DNA of 64,000 nt from Phoronis australis (Eukaryota > Animalia > Phoronida). The notes below the pieces were generated by a model. It was not told where the DNA came from. It saw only the letters and a list, made by a program, of their open reading frames with translations, and made no database searches. The stretch's first letter is position 1. The number at the start of each line of letters is the position of its first letter. The stretch spans positions 1,264,949 through 1,328,948 of the forward strand of contig NMRA01000043.1 of assembly GCA_002633005.1 (NCBI GenBank), in the 5' to 3' direction. Of this stretch, positions 12,950 to 24,300 are shown one piece after another. The position numbers and the translations under genes were made by a program.

Positions 12950-13950
12950 TGATGTGTAAGACCCTGTCTTCAGTACTTAACCTGGCAAGAGAAAAAAGTG
13001 TTAGTGCACTGTGCACAGGTGAACTTTCAGGGGTTAAGGTGTGGGCCATTAGATTGTGGGGTTGAGGGTTGATCCCTGGTGTTAAAACCATTGAGGCAGG
13101 AAAAAGTTGATAAGAGGCCATGCAGTATCATCAACACAAATCTTGCACACACTGCTGAAAGGTAGGCCATCAGTTGTGCTATTTCCCCCCAAAATCTGCA
13201 AACAGTTGAGTGTTGTACTATTATTCTTGTGGCAATTCATAAAGCTGTGGATATGAAATACACAGAATTCTAAGAGACAGCTTCTTATTCAGGTGTTGTG
13301 TTAATTGCAGTTGGAACTGTAGACACAGGAAACATGAATGAGTCTTCACTACATGAACGGTTATACATTTGCTGAGTTGTATTAGTTTATACAGTCATGT
13401 AACTATAGTGTTAACGAAAAGTGACATTAGAAAAGTATGCTCGCTGCGTGTAAATTACGGGCAGTTTTTTCCAAATTTGTTGACCTTTGACCTTACTGCT
13501 GAGGCAGGTTTAGCAACGGCATGTTTTACCTGGATACTCTAGCAGCACATATCTAACAAATGTATGAAAACAGACACTTTCAGACTGTAACGAAAAGAAT
13601 TGACAAAATAACACTAAATGCAATGTTGCAAAATTATATCGCTGCTACTCAACCTCAAAGTTCACCCAATAAACAAAATTATTCACACAAAATAATTGTA
13701 CACCTTTAAAACACATTGAAGGAACGGACCTCAAATAACAATGTTTCAAAAACCAGGCGGCACCCACAGATGACAAGTTGTAAAGGAAATGACATCATGT
13801 TTTCATACCAAGCCTTAAAACGTCGCCAAATCTCCGAATGTATAACAATGGAAATCTTATAAATTAAATGTAAGTTTGTGCATCAAAAAATATTTCATCA
13901 ACAAAATCAGTCAGTGCTTAAAAAGCACATGACTCCCGATCTGCCACAGC

Positions 13951-16900
13951 TTAGAAGTTGTCTCTGTGTTTGAAGCCTCGACTAACGTCACTCTGGCCAC
14001 GACCTTTGCGCGGAGGTGCGCCACGATAATCCATTCTATCGGTTCTCTCGCCACGCCGCATGTCTCGGGGTGGAGTACCCCCGCGCCCACGCGGACTGTG
14101 CCTTCCATTGTCTCTTTTATGATCTTTGCCACCAGCAATAGCCTGGCGAAGGTTTTTGTTGTAATTTCCTCTGCTGGCACCAATGGCAGGGTCGCGGTGA
14201 CCTTGAATGCGGGTCCTTCGGGGATGGTACAGCATACTTGACATACGGTCCTCAAACTGGCGATCAAACTCGGCGCCTTCCTCTGTAAACATTAAATTGA
14301 CAGGTTCTGGTATAACAGATAACAGAATAGTGTCTTGCAACAAACAAGTGAATGTAGGGACTGTGTAAACTAAAACAACACAGAGATCTATCACAATGTT
14401 AGAGGCAATTTGAGGTGTCTTCTCATTTCAAATTTTTTTCAATTAAATATAATGTGCACTCACAATGACAATTTCTGTCACTCTAAAATTGCCCGGGTTT
14501 TTAAAGAGGGGACAGTCACAGCCTTCTATTGATTAAACTCATATACAATGATCATGCCTTTCCACCCACAATCATGCCTTTCCACCCACAATCATACCTT
14601 TCCACCCACAATCATTCCTTTTCACCCACTTATGCATTAACGAGCCCCAGACACCAACACATGTCAACAATATACGTAATGAAGGTATCCTGGTCACACA
14701 ACAATGTACTATACACTAGATGGAGGTTTGTTGGTTGACACACAACAATGTACTATTTACAGTAGATGGAGATATGTTTGTCACACATTGTACTTGGTCC
14801 CTGTCTCGTTCGTACATTAGAAATGCATTTGAAAAATGGGTCAGTTAATGAGCATTACACTTAAACTCATCATTCTAGAATTGTTGAAATAATGTACATT
14901 ATTTTACTTTCTTCAAAGTAAATGGGATCACTTGTTTTTCAAGGTGCTCGAGGCTCTGGTCCTTAAATTTGAAAATCTTTGTAACTAACAACTCTCAGGG
15001 GACCTGTCCGAGTAGAATAAACAATATTCATGCAGTCACCACTTTAGTAGTAAGCCTCTTTTTAGGTTTAAAAAACAATGAATTTGAGACATAAATATAA
15101 GAAGGTACGTTAAAAAACCACGCTTTGCACTATGATTACGCGCAGAATGCATTGTTTTAAAAACCTAAGAAGCTCACTTTTAAAATGGTGACTCCGTGAA
15201 TAAGGTGTATACTACATTTTTACTCATAGATACCTCACTGCATACTACTTGATTTTGAATTAATTTGAGTTCACGAAAAAGGTGGTGGCTCCATTGTATG
15301 CATGCTATATAAATGGTCTTTATATCTACTAGGTCATGCACACTCCTAGCAGTATGCTGTGACTTATATACATCTTGGCTCAGTACGTTCTGACCCCATC
15401 ATGGCTTTCGCCTCAGTCTATAACAATCTGTTGGCTGAGAATGCAAGACTTCTCAGAAACTAGGAAAATCTACTAAAATTTGAGAGGCTGTCACTATAGC
15501 TGAGTGTTTGATGTAACATTTATAAATCTGACATCTAAGATGCACAGTGAGTCATGTTAACGCTTGATCGGCTTCACTGGGAAAGCATCATTCAAAACAA
15601 CTGCTTCTGCACTGAGTGTGTGTATGTACTGAGTGAGGAAGGTGAGCGTATCTACACTGGGTGGGTGTGGGATGTTCATATCTACACTTGGTGGGTGTGG
15701 GGTGTTCATATCTACACTTGGTGGGTGTGGGGTGTTCATATCTACACTGGGTGGGTGTGGGGTGTTCATATCTACACTGGGTGGGTGTGGGNNNNNNNNN
15801 NNNNNNNNNNNNNNNNNNNNNNNNNNNNNNNNNNNNNNNNNNNNNNNNNNNNNNNNNNNNNNNNNNNNNNNNNNNNNNNNNNNNNNNNNNNNNNNNNNNN
15901 NNNNNNTGTTCATATCTACACTGGGTGGGTGTGGGGTGTTCATATCTAAACTTGGTGGGTGTGGGGTGATCATATCTACACTTGGTGGGTGTGGGGTGTT
16001 CATATCTACACTGGGTGGGCAGTGGTGTATTTACACTGGGTGGGGGTGGGTGTCTTTACACTGGGTGGGGATGGGTGTCTTTACACTGGGTGGGGGTGGG
16101 TGTATCTACACTGGACGGCAGAATGTGTGGAGTGCATCCAAGAGTGCGATACGATGAAGAAAAAACTGACACTGACCATGGTCCATGTTGACGTACTCCT
16201 CGTTCTCACTCTCGTAGCCTGTGTTAGAGCTGATCTTCTTCTCTTTCACATGACCTCTATCGTGGATGTGTCGGCTCAAGTGATACTGTTCCAGGGCACG
16301 GTCTGAGTCACGCATTGCCTTTCGCGTCTCCTTCAACTGAACATTAAGAAACCAAGAAAGTGAGTCATAACATACAGCTGTGCAGAACATCAGCGATAGA
16401 AATAGCAACAACTGTTGCATGTCAAATAGTGCTAGCAATATTCTCAGAAACTGTTCAATGTTTAAAAGGTGCTAAATGCTTAAGGTACTCAAGCGAACAA
16501 TATGTCAACCAAAAACCAAGTCACAATTTTCAACTGTCAAACTGTTTTCACACAAGATTTTAAATGAGCAAACAATGACCAAACACAGGCTATAGAAGTT
16601 GGATCTTATTGCTGACTTGCTCAAAGAGGCACTAATTAACAGAAGTGAGGTTAACTTCTTGATAATCCTTACCCCACCAGGACCTTGTAATGTTGAGGTG
16701 CTAGCTTGGTAAGTCTTAGGCTCAGATTGGCCATCATTCATGTAGGTGTATACTGAGCAGTGCTGGTAGTTGGGTCCACGAGTTGTACCCTAGGCAAACA
16801 AATAAACAAATTATGGCCACTGACTTATACCGCATAGACAACAATTAAAATCAAAATCTGTTTATTGAATGTGACGTTCAAAAGAGTCTTAAAATTAAAC

Positions 16901-19156
16901 AGGTGTCAGACAGGAGTCACAGGACCATCTTATGCGTACCTTGACACCTGAAACAAAGAGTTGGAACACTTGTAATGCACACAAGACTCGGATGCGATAT
17001 CAATTTCATTTTACCCAGAAATACATGTAGGCATAGAAAGGTTTCAGTTGTGTTGTACTGCAAACCATGGTTAAACAGTTTCAAGAGGAATTTGCAGGCT
17101 AATTACTTATCTCTCTGATTGCCTGGCCAAATTAGAAACGAAACATATAGCGGCGACGTGAATATAAAGTAGGTTGAAAATAGGCAAATGCCTTGAAGAA
17201 CGAGTTTTGTGGCAAAAATGATACGCTAGTAATAAATATCATGACTTGGTGCTGGGGAATATCACTGCATGATGCGGACTTTGTGAGCAAGCGAAGTACA
17301 TCATTAGTTTAAAGGTTACTTATTTGCACAATTTTTTGTTTTCACATTTACAAATTGTCAATTATTAAAACTGCATTTTGTTTGGCATAGATTATATTAA
17401 AACAGCATTCTCGTTTAGTTCCTGTTATACATTTCTTTTAAGAGCATGCAAATACATCGTTAAGGAGGAATTCTGAAGACAAACTTTCCGTATTGATCAT
17501 TTATTCAACAGAATTTACCATTTTGTCAGGAGACAAATCTATAAAACTGACAGCTTATTGTCATTTTTAAGCCTTGGCCAGTCATCAAATCCAAAGCATT
17601 TTTACAACATCCCTCCACTTTTGATTTCCAAGACTGTTCTAGAACTGACTCAGTCTGACTCATCTGTTTAAATCCCACTTACAGCCTTATCTAGCATTCT
17701 GCTAAACGTGCTGTCCATGTTTTTGAACATGTCGCCCACAAAGTCTCGATGACGTTCCATTAATCGCCATGGTCCCTCTGGTCTTTCTTGTCGAGCTAAC
17801 CGCGTAGGACAATTAGCACGATCTTCAAATCTGTCACTCTCCGGCTGACGTGGGTCAAACCAAGCGTCTCCTAACACTCGATCAAACATATGGTCAAACC
17901 CACTCATCCTGTTGTTAAACCTGAGAAGATCAAACAAATGAAGATCTAATAGTAGTGCAGCCAACACATTTTGATGGTAAGGTAAAGTTAATGTTAAGAC
18001 AAAACCCATTACCCATTAAAAGCACAACAGAGACACCTGTTTCATAGTAAATAGACAACACTGTTGTACTTTTAACCAATACAAAGTGTTCTAAAATAAT
18101 AACAAACTGTGAAACCTGAATATTGGATACTAAATTCTATCCCAAACTAGGATTCAAAAGACACATGTGACTGAAAAACACAGGCCCAGTCCTTGCAATA
18201 GTCAACACTTTTGGCAGACTCCCCAGCTAGACCAATTGCCTTCACCCAATGATATGTACAAGTCAGATGCAGCTGATAACAGCAATCGCTGTTTTTCTAA
18301 ATCAAAGGCATTATCTAAGTGAACAGAAACTTTCCCCAAAACTCAAATGGATTTTAGTTGAATAGCTGGAGTCTAGTCCCTGAAGCATTATAGATCATCT
18401 ACACAACAGACTCTGATATTTTCTTATGATGATGAGATTCCCATAAGGGGCAACTGGTTAGTGAGAAGACGATTTATTGGCTGTAATTAAAACAGTGTTG
18501 GTCAGACTTTGTGTATACTGCACAGCTTCTGTCCATACTGAGTTGGCTGTCTTTGTATTATAGTGTAAGGTGACATAAAATGTTTATGACAAAAACTAGA
18601 CAGAATTGTAGGAAAGAGTCCTGGTTGGATTTTTGACAACTGCATGGAGACATATTCTGTTTCTCGCAACAGTCAAGAGACTAGGAACGTGGATTCAACA
18701 AAAAACAGCAAATAGCACCTGAACCACAAATACTCCAAGTAAGCCCAAGCTGCAGCTCTATTGCGTTACTGTGGAAACACAAATACAAAAAAACACAAAA
18801 ATATTTTATAGAAATACAAACAATAAGTATTCAAATAATTTCCCATTATGTTATCAATTCTTTGAATATTATTGTCAATTTACAACTAAACACCGTAGGA
18901 AAAAGGAACACTGACACAATTAGAAAAAATGTTTCATGTTGCATGACAGAAGTGCAATGAAATGCTGACGTTGACGACGAAAGAGCTCTCCGGCTCTGAC
19001 TCTGACTGAGGCGAGTGGAGAGAACGAGCTCCAGTCCATGATCAATGATGCTGCAAAGCCAAACTGTGCGTTTTCGGATAATTAATGCAGAAGGAAAGCT
19101 TACCCATTAAAGAAAGGGTCGTTTTCAAATTCTCGAAATAATGACCGTCCAAACAT
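13951..19156 (-). CDS. MLF: Myeloid leukemia factor (MLF1/MLF2 family) protein, 5 coding exons
   Basis: Minus-strand exons 19104-19156 (MFGRSLFREFENDPFFNG), 17683-17920, 16673-16789 (SVYTYMNDGQSEPKTYQASTSTLQGPGG), 16177-16336 (LKETRKAMRDSDRALEQYHLSRHIHDRGH...EEYVNMD) and 13951-14282 (EEGAEFDRQF...TAA). All phases are compatible, and the motifs match the MLF core (P-K-x-F/Y-Q-A-S...PGG-x-K-E-T-R-K...RDSD...HI-x-DR-x-H). Confidence 0.92.
14551..14628. repeat. 20-bp tandem repeat (atcatgcctttccacccaca)n
   Basis: About 4 copies in an MLF intron. Confidence 0.85.
15648..16112. repeat. 30-bp G-rich minisatellite spanning an assembly gap (N 15792-15906)
   Basis: Unit tctacactgggtgggtgtggggtgttcata on both sides of the gap, degrading to ~27-bp variants. 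Confidence 0.95.
17085..17235 (+). repeat. Interspersed repeat fragment with an inverted homolog at ~42260-42410
   Basis: cttatctct..caaattag..aacatata..gtgaata.aaagtaggtt..caaatg..aagaacgagtttt..aaaatgat aligns by eye with the reverse complement of 42260-42410. Confidence 0.7.
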
Positions 19157-19449
19157 TTTTGCAAGGCATCAGATGAACAAGCGCAAATTACATGCAAAAG
19201 TTGTTTACAGCGACAGCAATTTCTAGAAACCGGAAGTTTGAACTGCGCAATATCTTTTTAAAGACGTGTGGGCTGCGGTCACATGGCTAATCACATGATC
19301 TCCATCTCGACGGAATCCCTCTTCAGTTCAGCTTCAGGCTGTTGGGCGCTTAATGTTTCGATGACTTGTTTATTAATCTGAGGACGAGTATACGCCTGAG
19401 ATTTCGTGGATGACTGTGGTGTTGCAAGTTTTTCGTTAAGCTAGTAAGT
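19157..19449. promoter_or_regulatory. Putative bidirectional promoter for MLF and SLC35F6, plus SLC35F6 non-coding first exon
   Basis: The MLF ATG is at 19156 (-). The region has an ETS-type CCGGAAGT at 19230-19237, two TCACATG E-boxes at ~19279-19297, local CpG enrichment, and a + strand donor GTAAGT at 19444 that could splice to the acceptor at 21269. Confidence 0.6.
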
Positions 19450-20231
19450 TGTATACAACACACCTTTAGTAGATGGAACATTTTAGGCAATAATAGATTA
19501 ACATTCGACTTAGGCCACTTAGGTCGGACAGGTCTTAGGGCAGGCGGTCGAAGTTCACACTCTCGCCAAGTGACTGTCTAAGTAATTAACCAAATAACCT
19601 GTTTGTTTGCCAAAACTGAACCAAATAACCTGTCTGTTTAAAAAGTAACTTGTTTATTTGGCAGTGTTGTCTATTTTGAACCTTTTCGCTGCCAGCTTTC
19701 AGTTTCAGTAGCCGAACCACTCAGACTGGCACTGGGCACTGAAAAGATATTTTTTTTAGGAGCAGTTTGTGTCTTAGTAGACAGTGTGGGAGAAATTCCC
19801 CCATGAGGTTTGATTCACAGCTGCTACTATCATCCACATAGTAGGTAGATGACTATAGTAGTAGTGCTTGTAAGGTCTGCTTTTGACAATGACCCTCATT
19901 TTCAGTGTTCCCAAAATCCGACGGTAACTCGCTATTTTACTCTGCATATGCTGCGGGATACATACGTCATGCCACCTGCAGGGTGCAGTGTTAAAAATAA
20001 CTTGCCAATCGGCCTCAACCGACAAGTTTACGCAGAATTAGTTGTAGTTAAGACCGCAACCTAGTCTACCCAGCAACAATGCTACAGGACTAATATTTGT
20101 AACATCATGAGGTGTTGATCTTTTTACGAACAAAACTTATTGAAATTGCCTTTCCACTCTTTTTTGATCATCAACCTGTGTGAATTGTTGAGTTATACCG
20201 TTCCACTTTTCCTTCCCATTTTTTAAATATT

Positions 20232-20520
20232 CAATAGGATCCTACAGGAATTCCTATAGGATCCAATAGGAAATCCTATAGGATTCCTATATTAAATCCT
20301 ATAGAAAATCCTATAAAAATCCAATGGAATCCTATAGGAAATCCTATGATCCAATAGGAAATCCTATAGGATCCATTAGAAAATCCCATAGGATTCAATA
20401 GGAAATCCTATATGATTCCTGTAGGAAATCCTATAGGATCCAATAGGAAATCCTATAAAAATCCAATAGGATCTTATAGGAAATCCTTTAGGATTCCTAT
20501 AGGAACTGATAGAATCCTAC
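20232..20520. repeat. Palindromic short-period satellite built on (aa)tcctatagga(t)
   Basis: About 290 bp of degenerate 10-12-bp units; the core TCCTATAGGA is self-complementary. Confidence 0.9.
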
Positions 20521-21311
20521 TGAATTTCCTGTATATGAAATTCTCTTAAAATATAACCTAAACGGGTAAACTATATAGCTGTCATTATAGCTGTTTCATT
20601 TTTGGTGTTGTAAATTTATAGTGTTGTGTCTAAACTTCTAAGGAAACGTTTTAATTATGTGTATAGGAATCCCATAGGAAATGCTATTGGAATTTTTCTT
20701 AAGGGTAATTGGCCTGGTCCAATATGGTTCCCCCTTGTAATGCTCCATGCCCAAATACTCCGAAATTCTCAAAGTCAGCAGAACTAAATGGTTGTCCGTT
20801 GTCAGCTTCTGAAAGTCTGTGAGTGAAAAACATTGTCCAGACATGCACTCAATAACCATACCTTTGAACGGCGGCTTTTGGTCTGAACAATGCCCTGATG
20901 TCCTTCATGTCCCAATTTAATCACTTGAAACCTCAGTGATTGAGGCGATACTGAAACAATTTTGTTTCGTGTCTCAACCTGCAGCTAACTGTTGTGAATT
21001 CCACTCGAATATAAGAATGTCTTGCTTCTTGACACACATCATGAAATATCACATTATATTTTTGTACTTTTCCATTTACCCCTATTATTCCATTTTACAG
21101 CTATGACTATAAAACAGACATTTTCTTGGTGTTGTGGCTGCCATTTTCCCCTTGTGGCCTAGATAAAATGGCTTATTTTTCATTTTCAAATGCTTTGCTT
21201 ACTGACATTTAAGGCGCAAGCCGCAATGTTCTGGTAGAAATGAAAGTTTTGGTCATGTTTATTTTTCAGACTAGTCATTTTCTAGAAAGGTACTTCTGGC
21301 TAACAGTCAGC

Positions 21312-24300
21312 ATGGCGTCTGTGTGGACAACAAGGAGGGTCCTCCTTGCTCTTCTCATGTTTGTCACTGGCTCTATCAATAGCTTGTCAACCAAGTAAGT
21401 GTCCAGTAGCTTGCTTCCAGGGGTTACAGGATGATTTCGTGGTAGTGGTCCATTATGAGTGACCCGCATTTAAAGAGATTAAATTAAAATAGTTTTAATA
21501 CAAATCTTAAGATAATCTTCAGCATCTTGTAAACTCTGCATGCAACAATATTGAAGTGATGATGTTGGTTGAATGGTGAGTGAGTCAAAACAACAGGCTA
21601 TTGTTCAAACATGCGTAGTCTGAGTATGTCATTATTAGTTTGAGTCAATGCATTAGACTGACTGGCCGTTGAGCGTATAGTCTCAGTCTTATTGAGAGTG
21701 AAACGCAGAACAAGATGACGGAAACTTGTCCATTGTCATGGTAACAACATCACGTATCATTGTTATTGCATTGCCAGAGAAAACCAAATATGTCTACAGG
21801 TATTTTGCAAAATTATTTAGTCCAAAAGTTGGTCATATATGAACCAACTATCACCATTTTTTGATATGGCTCTGAGTTGGTGCTTGTACCAATCTGGGCT
21901 TGACTATTTTGTGTACTTTCTGGGTTTTCCAAAAGGGGGCACCAAATGCAAAATTGTGAACAACTTCAGAGAGGGAGGGGGGGGGGGGCATGAATGAGTA
22001 GTAAATTGAAGATACCATACAATGAAAAGGAGGCCAAATGCAAAATTGAAATCAATTTCAACTGGAAGGAGGCCTTTTTGCAATGAAAGTGGGTCATGGA
22101 CCTTCTATGTCTACCTTATAGGAATGTCAATGAACACGGGATATTTGAAAGGGGAATATTGCTTTGTGACTGCAATTGTGTTGGTTAGAAAGAATGATTG
22201 CCACACTATTCAGTGTGATATAGTAAGGACATACAAACATGACTTAATTTGCCTTTGCTGGTGTCTGGGATAAGCATATCTGTATATTTTACAGGTGGGC
22301 TGACAAATCGGAAGCAGCAGGGTCGGATGGCACTGTTAGACCATTTGATCATCCGTTTCTTCAGGTACGTTTTAATGATTTTTCCTTGTATAGTTGGTAA
22401 TGTGCTTAAAATTCTTGAGTGCCCAAATTATTGTTATCAGTAGAGTTGTTTAAGAATTCAATATTGTCCCTTTCAGGCTGTTGGTATGTTTATTGGAGAG
22501 ATGTCCTGCCTTTTTGCCTTCCATATTATTCGAATTTACAAGAACCACAAGCAGATACCACAAGACATCGGTGACCAGAGTTTCAACCCTCTCATCTTCC
22601 TACCTCCTGCTCTCTGTGACATGTGTGGTACTTCCCTCATGTATCTCGGCTTGAACTTCACCCATGTCTCAAGCTTCCAAATGTTGAGAGGTTTGTATAA
22701 GATCTGAAGGTGGCAGCACTGTAGTTGCAATGGGTGTGTAAATACATGCGAAGGAATATCATCTCTAGCTAAGCAAATAATCAGACTATATATAGTCAGA
22801 CAACTTAATTCTAGAAGGTTGTATAAACTTCAACTTGTACCGGTTAGTTATCAGAGGCATCGGAGGCTAAATTTTGATTAATTTTGTTGAATAAATGGTG
22901 GAATATTGTCACTTAATGTCGAGGAACATGCCATCAGACGTATATGGTAAATATTTCCAGTGTGGGACAGTCTCTATTTGAGATACCAACATTCAAGCTC
23001 AAATTGAATTTTTGTGATTGTGAATATTGAGAATTGGGCGAATTTGGTGTTGATCATATTCCTCAAGTATTGAACTCTGTGTTGCGCATCAACATTGTCT
23101 GAAAATACAGTTCATAAATTCATCACAAATGGCCGCCTGTGCATCCCATTAGAACATTGTTCAGTGATCACAATTATTGATTTTAAGTTGGCTAAAGTTG
23201 CCTATTTTTAAAATATTGTACAACCTACTACTTCGAGTGAAACAATTAATTTTTACGCTGCATCAAACTTTAGTTAATAATAATTTTTATTGTAACTTGA
23301 GTTGAGAACCGTCCTGCAGTTGTAGCTTGAGGTGTTACCATATGGTAAAGTCGTGGGATTTTCGAGCGGCCTGCCATTAGGTAAGAAATTTTGCAGTTAT
23401 GTAGATTAGTAGCCCCGTTAATTAAATATTGACTATGTATGGCACAAATTAATTATTGACACTGTTCAGAAGTTAATCGTCATAGTGTAAGTATTCAGAT
23501 TAGAAATTATTCAGTCGAAAGGATTTCTTGGTTTGAGAAGAGCTGACAGGTTGTCATTGCTTATGACTAAGCTTATGAAATTTGCTCATCTGAGTGTTAG
23601 AGTTTCAGCTGCAGAGGCAGGATGCCGCCACGAACTTCCAGAATTTTACAAGTTTATATGGCTCAGTTCAAACATGGAGACACTTCTTTGGAATGCATGA
23701 GTGTAAATTTTCCTGTGAAGAAAGTTTAATTGTTTGTTTTAACACCAGAAAAGTGTTCATATACTGTTAGCGGCTTTAATTTAATTTGTAATTAACTTTT
23801 GGTCCAAGATCACCACCTTGTAACAAACAAATTGCTGTCGTTGTTGCATCCAATTGGAGCTGGATAATAATGTACTATTGTGTTGGAGGTGGAATACCTA
23901 CTAAGCATTTTACATCAGGTACAACAAGCAGGTTGAGGTGTTGTTCATTTGGATTCATGTAGCTTGTAAAATATTCATGTTGAGATTTGCTGGTTGTCAT
24001 GGCAACCTGTCTTTATAGCCGCATGAATAACTGGCAGTTTAGGGGCGGCCCACTGGTGGGTTAGCCTGGGTCGTTGAGACGCTGTTAAGGCGGCATGTAT
24101 TCAGTCTTCAAAAACCAAATGTCTCGTGACAATGTTCTAAAGGCAACCTTGACCTTTGCATTTCAGGGGCAGTTATCTTCTTCACAGCTCTCTTGTCTGT
24201 CGCCTTTTTGGGTCGTACGATCAAGACGTTTATGTGGATTGGGATTGCCTGGGTGATCGCCGGCCTGGTATTGGTTGGCCTGTCAGATATACTGTTTACA

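Noticed and set aside
13911-14267. Overlapping 118-aa (-) and 91-aa (+) ORFs over the last MLF exon
   Set aside because: Alternative-frame or antisense shadows with no recognisable motifs; splice phase supports only the frame ending at 13951.
15554-16306. ORFs with VHIYTGWVWG / MNTPHPPSVD repeats
   Set aside because: Translations of a 30-bp minisatellite containing an N gap inside an MLF intron.
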